A stretch of 64,000 bases of DNA, from contig OZ251239.1 of the NCBI GenBank assembly GCA_965240325.2, positions 1,488,001 to 1,552,000 on the forward strand, given 5' to 3'. The position numbers and the translations under genes are program-made. A model generated the notes under the pieces. That model made no database searches. It was not told where the DNA came from and saw nothing but the letters and a program-made list of their open reading frames with translations. Source of the DNA: Rebecca billardiae RCC1528 (taxonomy: Eukaryota > Protista > Haptophyta). How positions within the stretch are numbered: the first letter of the stretch is position 1; each line of letters starts with the position of its first letter. Shown here piece by piece: positions 11,625 through 23,230 of the stretch.

Positions 11625-14095
11625 GTGGGGTTATTGGTACAATAACTGATTGTCTAAGAGGACGACAAGAACGCCGGGCGCCAGCGCCGCTCATCAGCCA
11701 CATCGCCCTCTACCAGACCATCGCCTCAAAGGGCGCTGCTCCCGGACAAACAGTCTGTCCGGGTTGTTCTGCCGCCCAGGAGATCGATTTCCGGCGCCGG
11801 CCTCTGCCGCCTGCTTCGCCAGGCGCGGCGTGCGAGATGGCTCCAGCCAAGCTCGTCCTGCGTCGCCGGCGGCGGCGGCTCGCACGCGGGTGGCGCGTCG
11901 CGTGCACCGACCAACATCTTTCGGCAACTCGGCGGTAAGCAACGCTCCGCATCGCGCCCCCTCGCGCTTCGGGCCACCGCCTCTTCTCTCTCTGTGTGCG
12001 TGCGCACCCTGTGGCTCTTCCGCACCCGCCCCGATCGCACCGTTCCCTCTTCGCCACATGCCTCCTCCTCCGTGGGTGCGCCCCCACGCGGATCGCTGCT
12101 CCATCTCTCCCGCCCTGCCTCGGGATCGCCCCGGTGCCAACGCCAGCCGGCTCCTACACAAGGACCGCTGGCGGCACACCGCGCGCCGGGCCCCGTGCGC
12201 ACCCGCGGGCCATTCACAGCATCCGCAAAGGCCGTCTAGCCTTCTCCTGCTTCCGCAGCGCCGCGCCTCGGGGCCGGCTGCCTGCTATCTCTCCTATTCG
12301 GGTTCCGTCTCACTCGCACTGCCCCACCTGCCCAGCCCCCGCTGGCCGGCCCTCGTGCGTGCGCGACTCACACGTGCCTTGCCCCCTTTCCTTCCCATCA
12401 CTCAATGGGATTCTCCTCCACGCGGTGCTCCCCAACACACCATGAAACGGGATCACTCACGCACCGCGTCTCGTCGACGGCGAGCGGCATGCCCACCGCA
12501 TCTGCTACCGCTCGCCAAGGCATGAGGACACGTAAATCCCACTGAGTAGGAACACACGCAGCCGCCTCGGCATCGACATGCCAGGCGGCGTGCCCACCTT
12601 CGGCCAGCAGTTGGCGTCGGCGTTCACGAGGACGGCTAGACGTGGGGTTATTGGTACAATAACTGATTGTCTAAGAGGACGACAAGAACGCCGGGCGCCA
12701 GCGCCGCTCATCAGCCACATCGCCCTCTACCAGACCATCGCCTCAAAGGGCGCTGCTCCCGGACAAACAGTCTGTCCGGGTTGTTCTGCCGCCCAGGAGA
12801 TCGATTTCCGGCGCCGGCCTCTGCCGCCTGCTTCGCCAGGCGCGGCGTGCGAGATGGCTCCAGCCAAGCTCGTCCTGCGTCGCCGGCGGCGGCGGCTCGC
12901 ACGCGGGTGGCGCGTCGCGTGCACCGACCAACATCTTTCGGCAACCCGCCCACCCAGGGCCCGTTGGTCTGGTGCTCGGGCGGCGGGATCACAACACCCG
13001 CCGTCCGACCGCCCGGTCTTGCGGCGCTGCACTTAGGGCTCATGTGACCCCCTGCCTCCCAACACGATTGGGTTTTTCAGGTTAGGTCCCCAGCAGTGCT
13101 GCTCCCGGGCGGTCAGGTGGAGGTTCAGTCGACGAGTCCGCAGGCGCTCAGCCTTCCGTCAGCGGACGTCCGCGCGGGATCACTCACGCACCGCGTCTCG
13201 TCGACGGCGAGCGGCATGCCCACCGCATCTGCTGCCGCTCGCCAAGGCATGAGGACACGTAAATCCCACTGAGTAGGAACACACGCAGCCGCCTCGGCAT
13301 CGACATGCCAGGCGGCGTGCCCACCTTCGGCCAGCAGTTGGCGTCGGCGTTCACGAGGACGGCTAGACGTGGGGTTATTGGTACAATAACTGATTGTCTA
13401 AGAGGACGACAAGAACGCCGGGCGCCAGCGCCGCTCATCAGCCACATCGCCCTCTACCAGACCATCGCCTCAAAGGGCGCTGCTCCCGGACAAACAGTCT
13501 GTCCGGGTTGTTCTGCCGCCCAGGAGATCGATTTCCGGCGCCGGCCTCTGCCGCCTGCTTCGCCAGGCGCGGCGTGCGAGATGGCTCCAGCCAAGCTCGT
13601 CCTGCGTCGCCGGCGGCGGCGGCTCGCACGCGGGTGGCGCGTCGCGTGCACCGACCAACATCTTTCGGCAACCCGCCCACCCAGGGCCCGTTGGTCTGGT
13701 GCTCGGGCGGCGGGATCACAACACCCGCCGTCCGACCGCCCGGTCTTGCGGCGCTGCACTTAGGGCTCATGTGACCCCCTGCCTCCCAACACGATTGGGT
13801 TTTTCAGGTTAGGTCCCCAGCAGTGCTGCTCCCGGGCGGTCAGGTGGAGGTTCAGTCGACGAGTCCGCAGGCGCTCAGCCTTCCGTCAGCGGACGTCCGC
13901 GCGGGATCACTCACGCACCGCGTCTCGTCGACGGCGAGCGGCATGCCCACCGCATCTGCTGCCGCTCGCCAAGGCATGAGGACACGTAAATCCCACTGAG
14001 TAGGAACACACGCAGCCGCCTCGGCATCGACATGCCAGGCGGCGTGCCCACCTTCGGCCAGCAGTTGGCGTCGGCGTTCACGAGGACGGCTAGAC
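11625..14095 (+). mobile_element. Non-autonomous split-direct-repeat element, A-X-B-A-C-B-A-C-B (727-bp A-C-B unit present twice)
   Basis: A = 11625-11928, 12642-12945, 13369-13672. B = 12448-12641, 13175-13368, 13902-14095. Internal junctions read TAGAC|GTGGGG. ATAT lies on both outer flanks. No credible ORF. Confidence 0.8.
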
Positions 14096-14254
14096 ATATA
14101 TATATTATACCATTCAGGCGGGCATTGCCGGGTTGCACCCGGCAATGCTGCATTCACCCCGGTCCTACCGGAATGCAGGGCTCGCCCCGCTGGCCTACAG
14201 CTCTGTGACCGTCAGCGCCGCGCGCCACATACCAGGCCACCACGACTTCATCAA

Positions 14255-14612
14255 TACTGCTGCACGCATGATGGTACCAGTAGTGACAGAGTACTGGCGG
14301 TACCGTGCTGCTCGCATGGTATGGTACTGCTGCGCGCATGGTATGGTACTGCTGCGTGCATGATGGTATGGTACTGCTGCGCGCATGGTATGGTACTGCT
14401 GTGCGCATGGTAGTATGGTACTCTGCTGCACGCATCGGATCAGGAGTATGTACTGCTGCTGCGCGCATGGTATGGTACTGCCGCGTGCATGGTATGGTAC
14501 TGCTGCACGCATGATGGTATGGTACTGGCGGTACTGCTGCGCGCATGGTATGGCACTGCTGTGCGCATGGTATGGTACTGCTGCGTGCATGGTATGCCGT
14601 ACTGCTGCACGC
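14255..14612. repeat. Minisatellite with a 22-25-bp unit, TACTGCTGCGCGCATGGTATGG
   Basis: About 14 degenerate tandem copies. Confidence 0.9.
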
Positions 14613-15191
14613 AAGACTACAAGCGCGCAGGTGGTGGGAGCCGCAAGCAGAAGCAAGCGCGCAGGTGGTGGGAGTGCTCGCAGGTGGTGGGAGAAGCAAG
14701 AAGCAGCAGCTCGAAGCAGCAGGCACTCCGATGCGGCACCTCCCGAAGCTGCTGCATCCTTCTGACCGCCCGTGGTTTGCGGACCGGAAGCGTCCGCGAC
14801 TGCGAGCCGCACGCGCACGCGGTGCGCGCAGCGGTCATGGCGCTGGGTCCGGCGAGCAGCCGGGGTGAGGTTCAGGTACGAGGGGCACACACTATTCCGC
14901 ATGCGCCTTGGCACCGACCACGCGCCGCATCCACTGGGAGATCTGCGGCCGCAAGAAGCGCGCGCCTTGGCGAGGGCGAAGCATCGTAGACCCGCCTGCG
15001 CGCAGTGCTTCCGCACCGCCGGCCGGGGCGGTCCGGCACTGCTTGCTTGGTGTTTGTCCGGCTTCCTCAGCATCATGACATCATCACAGTCCTCACTCCT
15101 TCACCGATCACTGTGCACCGATCTCTTGAAGGGAGCGAGCAACGGCGGAGGACGAAGCTGAAGCAGTGTGCTCTTGCCGAACCGCGTGGTC

Positions 15192-17167
15192 GGCACACAC
15201 TGGCACACACTGGCACACACTGGCACACACTGGCACACACTGGCACACACTGGCACACACTGGCACACACTGGCACACACTGGCACACACTGGCACACAC
15301 TGGCACACACTGGCACACACTGGCACACACTGGCACACACTGGCACACACTGGCACACACTGGCACACACTGGCACACACTGGCACACACTGGCACACAC
15401 TGGCACACACTGGCACACACTGGCACACACTGGCACACACTGGCACACACTGGCACACACTGGCACACACTGGCACACACTGGCACACACTGGCACACAC
15501 TGGCACACACCGGCACACACTGGCACACACTGGCACACACTGGCACACACTGGCACACACTGGCACACACTGGCACACACTGGCACACACTGGCACACAC
15601 TGGCACACACTGGCACACACTGGCACACACTGGCACACACTGGCACACACTGGTGGCACACACTGGCACACACTGGCACACTGGCGAAAGCGAGCCTCCC
15701 CAAGGGTGGTTGCTCAGGGTCGCCGACTCCAGCGGAGTCCGGCGCCGGAACTTCACCTCCGATTTTTTGCGGCGGCGCGGCGTGCGGGGCCGCCGCCGCT
15801 GTGGCGGGCCGCTCGGGGCGTGCACGGCGTGGGCTCGTGCGGCCGCTGCCGCGCACGCCGAGCGATCCGGCGCGGGCTCGCGGCTTGTCGATGGCCTCGC
15901 GCGCCGCAGCGCGGCGCGCGCCTTGCCTAGCTTCGCCTGTCTCGCGCCTTGGCCGCCGTGCACGCGTGCGCCGCCAAACCGCAAGCTCGGCATAGCTCTC
16001 AGCCGAGCGTGCACGTGCCTTGCGCGACGCGACGCGGGCATTGCCGGCGGGTGATGTAGCCGTAGTGCGAGCGCGCGTCGTGAAGCCTCGACGCGGATCG
16101 TGAGTGTCTTCAACGTCTCGGTCAGCTGTCGACAACAGCTGACGGCACCAACCACCAATGGACACCACGGTCCGCTCCGTTGAACGACTCTCAGGGCTAT
16201 CGCGACGCTGCAACTCGTGAAGACTAGTCGAGCGTTGTTGTCAAGAAACACACGCCACTATGTCATGCGTGCGGGCCTTGCGTGACGATGCGACATGACG
16301 ATCGCCCCGGCAAGAGAGTCAGTCGTCAAGCTTTGAGCACTGCTCAACGCACAGATGGTCCACGCGCGTACGCGGCATCGTCTCATTGCTCTCGATCCGC
16401 GCCGAGGCTTCACGACGCGCGCTCGCACTACGGCTACATCGCCCGCTGGCAATGCCCGCGTCGCGTCGCGCAAGGCACGTGCACGCTCGGCTGAGAGCTA
16501 TGCCGAGCTTGCGGTTTGGCGGCGCACGCGTGCACGGCGGCCAAGGCGCGAGACAGGCGAAGCTAGGCAAGGCGCGCGCCGCGCTGCGGCGCGCGAGGCC
16601 ATCGACAAGCCGCGAGCCCGCGCCGGATCGCTCGGCGTGCGCGGCAGCGGCCGCACGAGCCCACGCCGTGCACGCCCCGAGCGGCCCGCCACAGCGGCGG
16701 CGGCCCCGCACGCCGCGCCGCCGCAAAAAATCGGAGGTGAAGTTCCGGCGCCGGACTCCGCTGGAGTCGGCGACCCTGAGCAACCACCCTTGGGGAGGCT
16801 CGCTTTCGCCAGTGTGCCAGTGTGTGCCAGTGTGTGCCAGTGTGTGCCAGTGTGTGCCAGTGTGTGCCAGTGTGTGCCAGTGTGTGCCAGTGTGTGCCAG
16901 TGTGTGCCAGTGTGTGCCAGTGTGTGCCAGTGTGTGCCAGTGTGTGCCAGTGTGTGCCAGTGTGTGCCAGTGTGTGCCAGTGTGTGCCAGTGTGTGCCAG
17001 TGTGTGCCAGTGTGTGCCAGTGTGTGCCAGTGTGTGCCAGTGTGTGCCAGTGTGTGCCAGTGTGTGCCAGTGTGTGCCAGTGTGTGCCAGTGTGTGCCAG
17101 TGTGTGCCAGTGTGTGCCAGTGTGTGCCAGTGTGTGCCAGTGTGTGCCAGTGTGTGCCAGTGTGTGC

Positions 17168-17177
<10 letters not shown>
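15192..17177. mobile_element. Foldback (long inverted repeat) structure with 10-mer arrays in the outer arms
   Basis: (GGCACACACT)n at 15192-15685 plus unique 15686-16100 is mirrored by 16393-16806 plus (AGTGTGTGCC)n at 16807-17177. The spacer is about 290 bp. Confidence 0.85.
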
Positions 17178-17215
<38 letters not shown>

Positions 17216-17220
17216 GTGTG

Positions 17221-17268
<48 letters not shown>
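17171..17268. repeat. (TG)n microsatellite continuing the right 10-mer array
   Basis: Near-pure TG run with two CG interruptions. Confidence 0.95.
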
Positions 17269-17271
<3 letters not shown>

Positions 17272-18423
17272 GGGGAGTCGACTGCTGACAGATTGCACGA
17301 AAAACCGTTGGCCCCAATTGGGATCTGACTAAACTGTATTCCTCGGGATACCTATTGGAAGGCCATCAACTTTGTAAGAATCACCGGACTTCGCGTGTCC
17401 TACCGGAAAACTCGCTCCGCTCGCATGCTTGTTCTGACAGAACAACCAATGCGAGCGGGGCTCGCGATTATATTATATTATAGTAATTAATCTGATGCAT
17501 CAGCGCGCCGCACTTATGCGCATTGCGCAGGCGGCTTACTCATTACTGGCTCGCCGAATCGAGTCGCCGATAGTCGGTGCGGCGCGCTGCCCGATATATT
17601 CGACGATGATGTAACCGATGATTATTTCGGAGAGACCGACGGACTCGAGAGGCGCGGCGCGCGTAGAGAGTTAGTGATGAGGTCCGGGCGCGCCTGACGT
17701 GATGACAGCAGTGACAGCCTGACAGCTGCTGACTCGTCACGGTCTCACGGGCCCGACAGACACGGGCGCAGTCACGCCGTCACTCTGCGACGACACTCAC
17801 GCCACGCGCGGTCCGACGCATCAGCCCAACGAAGTCCCGGAGCCCGTGGCCGTGCCCGCCGAGGCCCGAGCGGACGAGCCCGCGACCGGCGAGAGCTGAC
17901 TCGCGACGCAGACCGAGTGACCGACGACTCACTACTTACTATATATATCTAGCGTCATCACTCCGCGGACGAGCTGCCAAGCTAGATTGGCGCTAAGCTA
18001 AAGCAGTAAGCGGCACTCCGCTAAAGAGCACGGAAGTACACAGCTGCGCGGCCCGACACTCACACTCTCGTCCGTCGTTTATTCATTAAAGGCGGGCGTC
18101 TGTCGGCCGCACTCGGCCACTCGGCCTCTCGCCCTCGGGCCCCGGCGGCGGCTGCCGCGGCCGCGGGCCGGCCTGGCAGCCGGGGCTGGGCGGCGGTCGC
18201 CACCGTTATCAGGCGTCGGCGGCGTCAGCCCGGGCGCCGCGTCCATGCCGCTCGATCAGCACTCCGTCTGACTCTGTCCGCGTCTGCTGTCATGCAGCAG
18301 CGGCAGTCTCGTAGCAGCAGTCAGCACGACGTACTACTGCTGCTACGATCCGTGACTCATCGCGATCAACTGCGCTGAGATCGACAACTACTGCTGAGTC
18401 AACTGACGACACCTGACCAAAGT

Positions 18424-18495
18424 CACTTGACGTGTTTGTTGGTTCGCGGCCACGAGGCAGTATGACTTTGGGCCTTGGGGTTGGGTCAGGCTGCT
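18424..18495 (+). repeat. Left copy of a 72-bp inverted repeat pair
   Basis: CACTTGACGTGTTTGTTGGTTCGCGGCCACGAGGCAGTATGACTTTGGGCCTTGGGGTTGGG(T/G)CAGGCTGCT is the reverse complement of 23880-23951 with 1 mismatch. Confidence 0.9.
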
Positions 18496-19165
18496 GCAAG
18501 GGTCGATCGGCAGCGCGGACGAGTCGCCCACTCAATGCTACACAGTACACTGCAGCTGACTCGGTCACTCGGCCGCGGCGATATGCCGATACAGACGGGC
18601 GGCCGCCGATACTGATATACGCGATATAACTAGTGAGTATAGAATGAATGATAGCTAGGCTGCTAGCAGCACATGTGACATGACGTCATGATGAGTCATG
18701 TCTCATGACCGACGTAGTTGCGCATCGTTGACGTTCGTCGATCGTCTGGCTGAGAATAGTGACTATATAGTGAGTTATACCTTAAATACTAATAATGTCA
18801 AGACGTCAGCGTGAGAGTCAGCGTCTGCTCGGACGACTCGGCTCAGTGACTATAACCGTATATATATAAGTATATATATATACGACGCGACGACGCGAGT
18901 GATATATCAACGACTGCTACCGTCGATGACGACACCGTCTCGATCAGACGATGAATCCGAATAGCCGCCTACAGTAGCCGGTATGCCGAAATGTTCCCGC
19001 CCCCGCCGGCCCGCCCCCGCTCCGGTATCGACGGGTATCGTCAACGCGCACGCAGCACTCCGTTCCGCGTTATTGCGCAGCGCCGGCGCGATTCGGGCAA
19101 CCGTGACGTAGAACACCAGTGCCGCCACCGTCGCGCACCTCTTCGGCGTCAGCGAGCTCCATCTC

Positions 19166-20369
19166 TCAGTAGCTGTGGTACGCGGCGAGGAGGGCGTAGA
19201 GCGCATCGACGCCGCGTGAGCGCGGGGCGCCGAGGAACGAGTCCACCACAGAGTCATCCTCCACCACCTGGACGCCTGCGCATTTCAGCCGCTGCAGGCA
19301 GCCGGGCGGGAACCGGACAGACGTCGCGCCCACGAGCTCGACGCGCTCGAGGCAGCCGGACGCAGCTGCGTGCGCTGCGCACAGGCTCCCGACCGCGTCC
19401 TCCTCCTCGAGCCTCTGCCCAAAGCCGGCGCAGTCGAGCCTGCGGCACACAGGGCGGGCGCGCGCGCGCGCGTGAGCACCGCGCGCGTGGAGTGAGCAGG
19501 CCGAGTGCAGGGCGGACGGCTGGCCGGGGCGGGAGCCAGCCGAGCCGCGGGGACGCGCGCCGGCCTCGACGCGCCCACGCGACGGGCACGCACCGCTCGC
19601 AGAAGTTGAGCTTGAGGCGGGCCAGCTGGGGCGCGTGCCGCAGCACTGCGCCCACGCCCGCGCTCGTCGCCCACGTGCGGCTCAGGTCGAGCTCGCGCAG
19701 CTGCGCGTGCGGCGTGCGCACCTCGGAGGCCGCGGCCTCCGCGGGCGTGAGCTGAGCGAGGCGCAGACAGCCGCGCGCGTTCAGCACGCGCAGCTCGGGG
19801 CACGCGCGCAAGATGCCGACGAAGCCGGCGAAGCTGAGGTGCACCATGCCGCACAGGCTGAGCTGCTCGAGCCGCGGCGCCATCCGCACGATCGGCTCCA
19901 GGGCGGCGGCGGCGGAGAGCGTGCCACACGAGGCGAGGTGATCGAGTGCGGGGTCGAGCCTGGGGCACGCCTCCGCGATGCACCTGGAGCCGTGCGCCGC
20001 CGTCGTGCACGAGCAGGGGCGGAGCTCGAGCGCAGTGCTCTGCGCGAGCCTGCTCCGCAGCCCCGCGAGCGCGGCCAGCGGCGTGCGCGGGAGGCGGAGG
20101 ACGCACGCGCGCCAGAGGGCGGGATGATACGCCACCGCTCGGGCGGCGCGGCACGACTGCGCCAGCCGGGCCAGGTCATCCGAGCCCATCCGCGCGCAGA
20201 GCTCGAGCAGCAGCTCGAGTGGCAGCTCGAGCAGCACCACCGCTCGCGCCGCGGCCGGCCAAGACGACGGCGGCGATGGGGCGGTGTGCCGCGCGGGCTT
20301 TGCGCGCTGCATCGGGTGAGGCGAGCCGGCAGGCACGTTGCCCCGCTCGGCGAGGGCGCGCTGTGGCAT
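19166..20369 (-). CDS. F-box/LRR-repeat protein; exons 20369-19594 and 19439-19166
   Basis: F-box LLELPLELLLELC...DLARLAQSCR...LWR and LRRs LEQLSLCGM, LRVLNARGC, LRELDLSRT, LARLKLNFC. Intron 19440-19593 restores the frame to ...AYHSY-stop. Confidence 0.85.
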
Positions 20370-20574
20370 GGCGCCGCCTTGTGCAGCAGCACACGCGCGG
20401 GCTTTGAATTCGCGGTCGGAGCCAACGACCGCTCGCCGCTTTCAGCTTTGTGATGCTCTGCACCGGACCCAATTTCGCATACACCCGGACCCTGCCGGCG
20501 CCGAAAATCCGGCCGGCTAGACCAACGCCCGGACGCAACACTTGAGGCCGCGTGGCGTCGTAGCTTGCGCAGCC

Positions 20575-21121
20575 ATGGTGAGCAGCGTGCACCGCTCTCG
20601 CCAGCGGCGCGGAGCCATCGCCCCACGGAGGCTCGACGGGCGTGGCTGGGCGCAGTCACGCGCGAGCCGGCGTGCTCACGCCCGCTGCCCTTCGTCTCCG
20701 CCGCGCCCCGCGCCGCCACGCCCAGGTGAACGCGCCAAAGACGAAGCGGACATTCTGCAAGGGGCCCAAGTGCAGGAAGCACCAGGTGCACAGGGTGACC
20801 CAGCAGAAGACGGGTAAGGCCAGTGTGTATGCGCAGGGCAAGCGTCGCTACGACAAGAAGCAGTCGGGCTTCGGTGGCCAGACCAAGCCGGTCTTCCACA
20901 AGAAGGTGCGCCCTGCGCCGCGCGTCGCGTCTCGGCTTGTGCGGCCGAGCTGAAGCCGGCTGCCCGCTGGCCGCGCGCGCGCGCAGGCCAAGACGACGAA
21001 GAAGATCACGCTTCGTCTGACCTGCACGCAGTGCAAGACCGTGCGGCTGAACGCGATCAAGCGCACGAAGCACTTCGAGATCACGGAGAAGACGGTCAAG
21101 TCGAAGGGCCCGGCGTTCTAA
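20575..21121 (+). CDS. RPL36A: 60S ribosomal protein eL42 (L36a/L44); exons 20575-20577, 20726-20905, 20987-21121
   Basis: M|[59 protein letters not shown]|[14 protein letters not shown]. Confidence 0.97.
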
Positions 21122-22183
21122 GCGGCCGGCTGCGATGAGTCGGGCGGCGCGTGTGGCTTGCGGTTGTCGAGCTGCGCTGCGCGGCTCGCAGGGAGCGCGT
21201 CACGTGCGCGGGCAAGGGCCGATCGCGCGGGGTGCCCGATGGGCGCGTGCGTGCTGGCGATTTGCGCAGGACGAGCAGATCAGGTGGCAGAGGGCAGAGC
21301 CCTGTGGCCTGGCGTTCGGAGTGGGCGGCGGCACGGTGGCGAGCGCCGGCTGAGGGGCCGTGTGCAATGGAGTCGCGTGCCGGCGGCGATGGCCATGGGG
21401 CGGCTGGACCGGTGCCCGATGGTCCACGGCCATCCGCGCGACCTGTGCTGACGCTTCCCGCGCGGCTCTCCGTTCTGGCACGGCGTGGTCACGCCACACC
21501 GTGACTCCGTGAGTGATCGTCTTCCACTCTTCCTCCAGCACTTCTCGATTGATCGCGATTGCTGCCACGCAGTCCCGCCGCTCGGACGCAGCCTGTCAGC
21601 GGGTGCCTGATATAATGCCTGAACGAATAACGGTACCAAGACGAATGGGCGCTCGGCCGCGTCACCTAGTAGCTGATCAGACTCGCGGACGAGTGCCTCG
21701 ATGCCGCCCGAGCCGGATGACTCACGGGCCTCTCGTACGCCACAGGCACCTATACTTATGTAGACACATGTCACTCATCACGGTCACTAATAACTGCTTG
21801 TCGTCTACTGATTATAATTCATCGGTGTGATGACTGTGATGACGACTCCGAGATGAGTGAGTGACTACAGTGAATAGTGACGATGACCAGCCCGCGTCGT
21901 AACCGCGTGCGCCCGCCGCAGCGAGTAGTCCCGTTCGCACCCGGCCGAGCGGCAATTTCGCCTGATGATGCCGGCGGCCGCATATCGGCATCGTCTTGGC
22001 AGCATCTGGCATCTGGCGGCCCTCTGACATCTGCCGCCGAAGTCAAAGTAGAAGCTGCCTGCTGGGCTGCTGATAGTGATAAGAGCCGCCATCATGAGGA
22101 TGAGGCATGGTCACGGTGTGCGGTCAGAGCGCGAGCTCGGCGCAGGCTCGATGCGCCATGCGCGCACTCCCCTCCGGCCGCCA

Positions 22184-23230
22184 TCAGAAGTAGTTTGTGC
22201 CGAAGAGGCTGCGGTCAAAGGCCTTTTTGGCTTCGCTGCGCACCTTGACAGGCGCAGGGCCGGTCGGGTCGTCGCGCGCCGCGTCGACGGTCACGTGCGC
22301 GCGCTCGAGGCGCGAGGCGTAGGGCGGCTCGAGCACGGCGCGCTGCATCGGCGTGAGCCCCTCCAGCTGATCCGGGTCGATCTCGAGGTAGCCCCGGCCG
22401 TACCCCATGTTGGCGGGCGCGAAGCGATAGAGCGCGATGCGCCTCTGGTGCTTGCCGCGCCACGGCGTCGCGCCGTGCACCGTCGCCTCCGACCAGATGA
22501 GCACGTCGCCCGCCTTGGTGGTGGGCTGGTAGAGGTGCTCGGCGAAGCCGGGGGCGAGGCCGTGCGCCACGTCGTGCGGCACCGCGAAGTTGAGCTTGTG
22601 CGAGCCGCGCACGATGCAGAAGCCGCCGTCGCCCTCGTCGTGGTCGCTGAGCTGCACGGACACAGCGAGCAGCGACGTCCACGGCTCGGCGTGCACGCAC
22701 CGGTACTGCAGCTCGGGGTTGAACTTGCCCTGTGGCTGGCCGTCGTCGCCGGAGATCGGCCCGCCGTGTAGCGAGAACCCCTCCGAGTCCGTCTCCTGCG
22801 CCAGCACCAGCGGCTGGTGGTCGAGGCGGTAGCCCTGCCCGAGCAGGCCACTCAGGTAGGGCACGAGCCGCGGGTGCGCGAGCACCTGCCTGAAGACGTC
22901 GCAGTGCGGCTGCGCCCAGGCGAGCATGCCGCCCATGTCCATGCGCGCGCCCGGCGCCGAGTGCGGGGAGTTGTCCAGCGTGTTGCGCAGGCCCTTCTCA
23001 CCGCGCGCATGCAGCCGCTCGCCGGCATACGCGTCGATGGCGGCGTTCGCGGCGGCGACCTCGTCCGCGGAGAAGACGTTCCGAAGGACGAGGAAGCCGT
23101 TCAGGTCGAAGAGGAACTTGTCGTAGTCACTCATCACGGGCGGCGTGGCACTCATGGCGAGGCGGCGCGCGGGCGGCGCAAACCGAAGCGCTGCGGCGGG
23201 CAGGATCGCGCTGACGAGGCTGCCGCGCAT
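22184..23230 (-). CDS. Phytanoyl-CoA dioxygenase (PhyH)-like Fe(II)/2OG enzyme with a probable organelle-targeting presequence
   Basis: FLFDLNGFLVLRNVFS, VLAHP, SLHGG, DGGFCIVRGSHK, KAGDVLIWSEATVHGATPW and RRIALYRF. Hydrophobic/basic leader containing ALRFAP. Intronless. Confidence 0.85.
   Translation of the reverse strand: MRGSLVSAILPAAALRFAPPARRLAMSATPPVMSDYDKFLFDLNGFLVLRNVFSADEVAAANAAIDAYAGERLHARGEKGLRNTLDNSPHSAPGARMDMGGMLAWAQPHCDVFRQVLAHPRLVPYLSGLLGQGYRLDHQPLVLAQETDSEGFSLHGGPISGDDGQPQGKFNPELQYRCVHAEPWTSLLAVSVQLSDHDEGDGGFCIVRGSHKLNFAVPHDVAHGLAPGFAEHLYQPTTKAGDVLIWSEATVHGATPWRGKHQRRIALYRFAPANMGYGRGYLEIDPDQLEGLTPMQRAVLEPPYASRLERAHVTVDAARDDPTGPAPVKVRSEAKKAFDRSLFGTNYF

Noticed and set aside
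11690-11795. Hammerhead ribozyme in repeat A (minus-strand CTGATGAG and an upstream GAAA)
   Set aside because: No stem I or valid NUH cleavage triplet could be built, and the stem II register is off by one. A covariance-model scan would be needed to revive the idea.
11624-14096. Conventional TG...CA LTR retrotransposon reading of the 727-bp array
   Set aside because: Internal junctions lack the T and A (TAGAC|GTGGGG), and there is no PBS, PPT or 5-bp TSD.
14154-14989. Cys/Trp/Tyr-rich ORFs (MVWYCC repeats)
   Set aside because: They are products of the 22-25-bp minisatellite, with frames shifting between units.
15005-17332. Long ORFs with HTGTHWHTLA or CQCVPVCASV repeats (metal-binding-looking proteins)
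   Set aside because: They are translations of a stop-free 10-bp tandem repeat, open in every frame with no synonymous variation.
20870-20905. Cycloheximide-resistance allele of eL42
   Set aside because: The motif reads GQTKPVF with Pro, the usual sensitive residue, not Gln.
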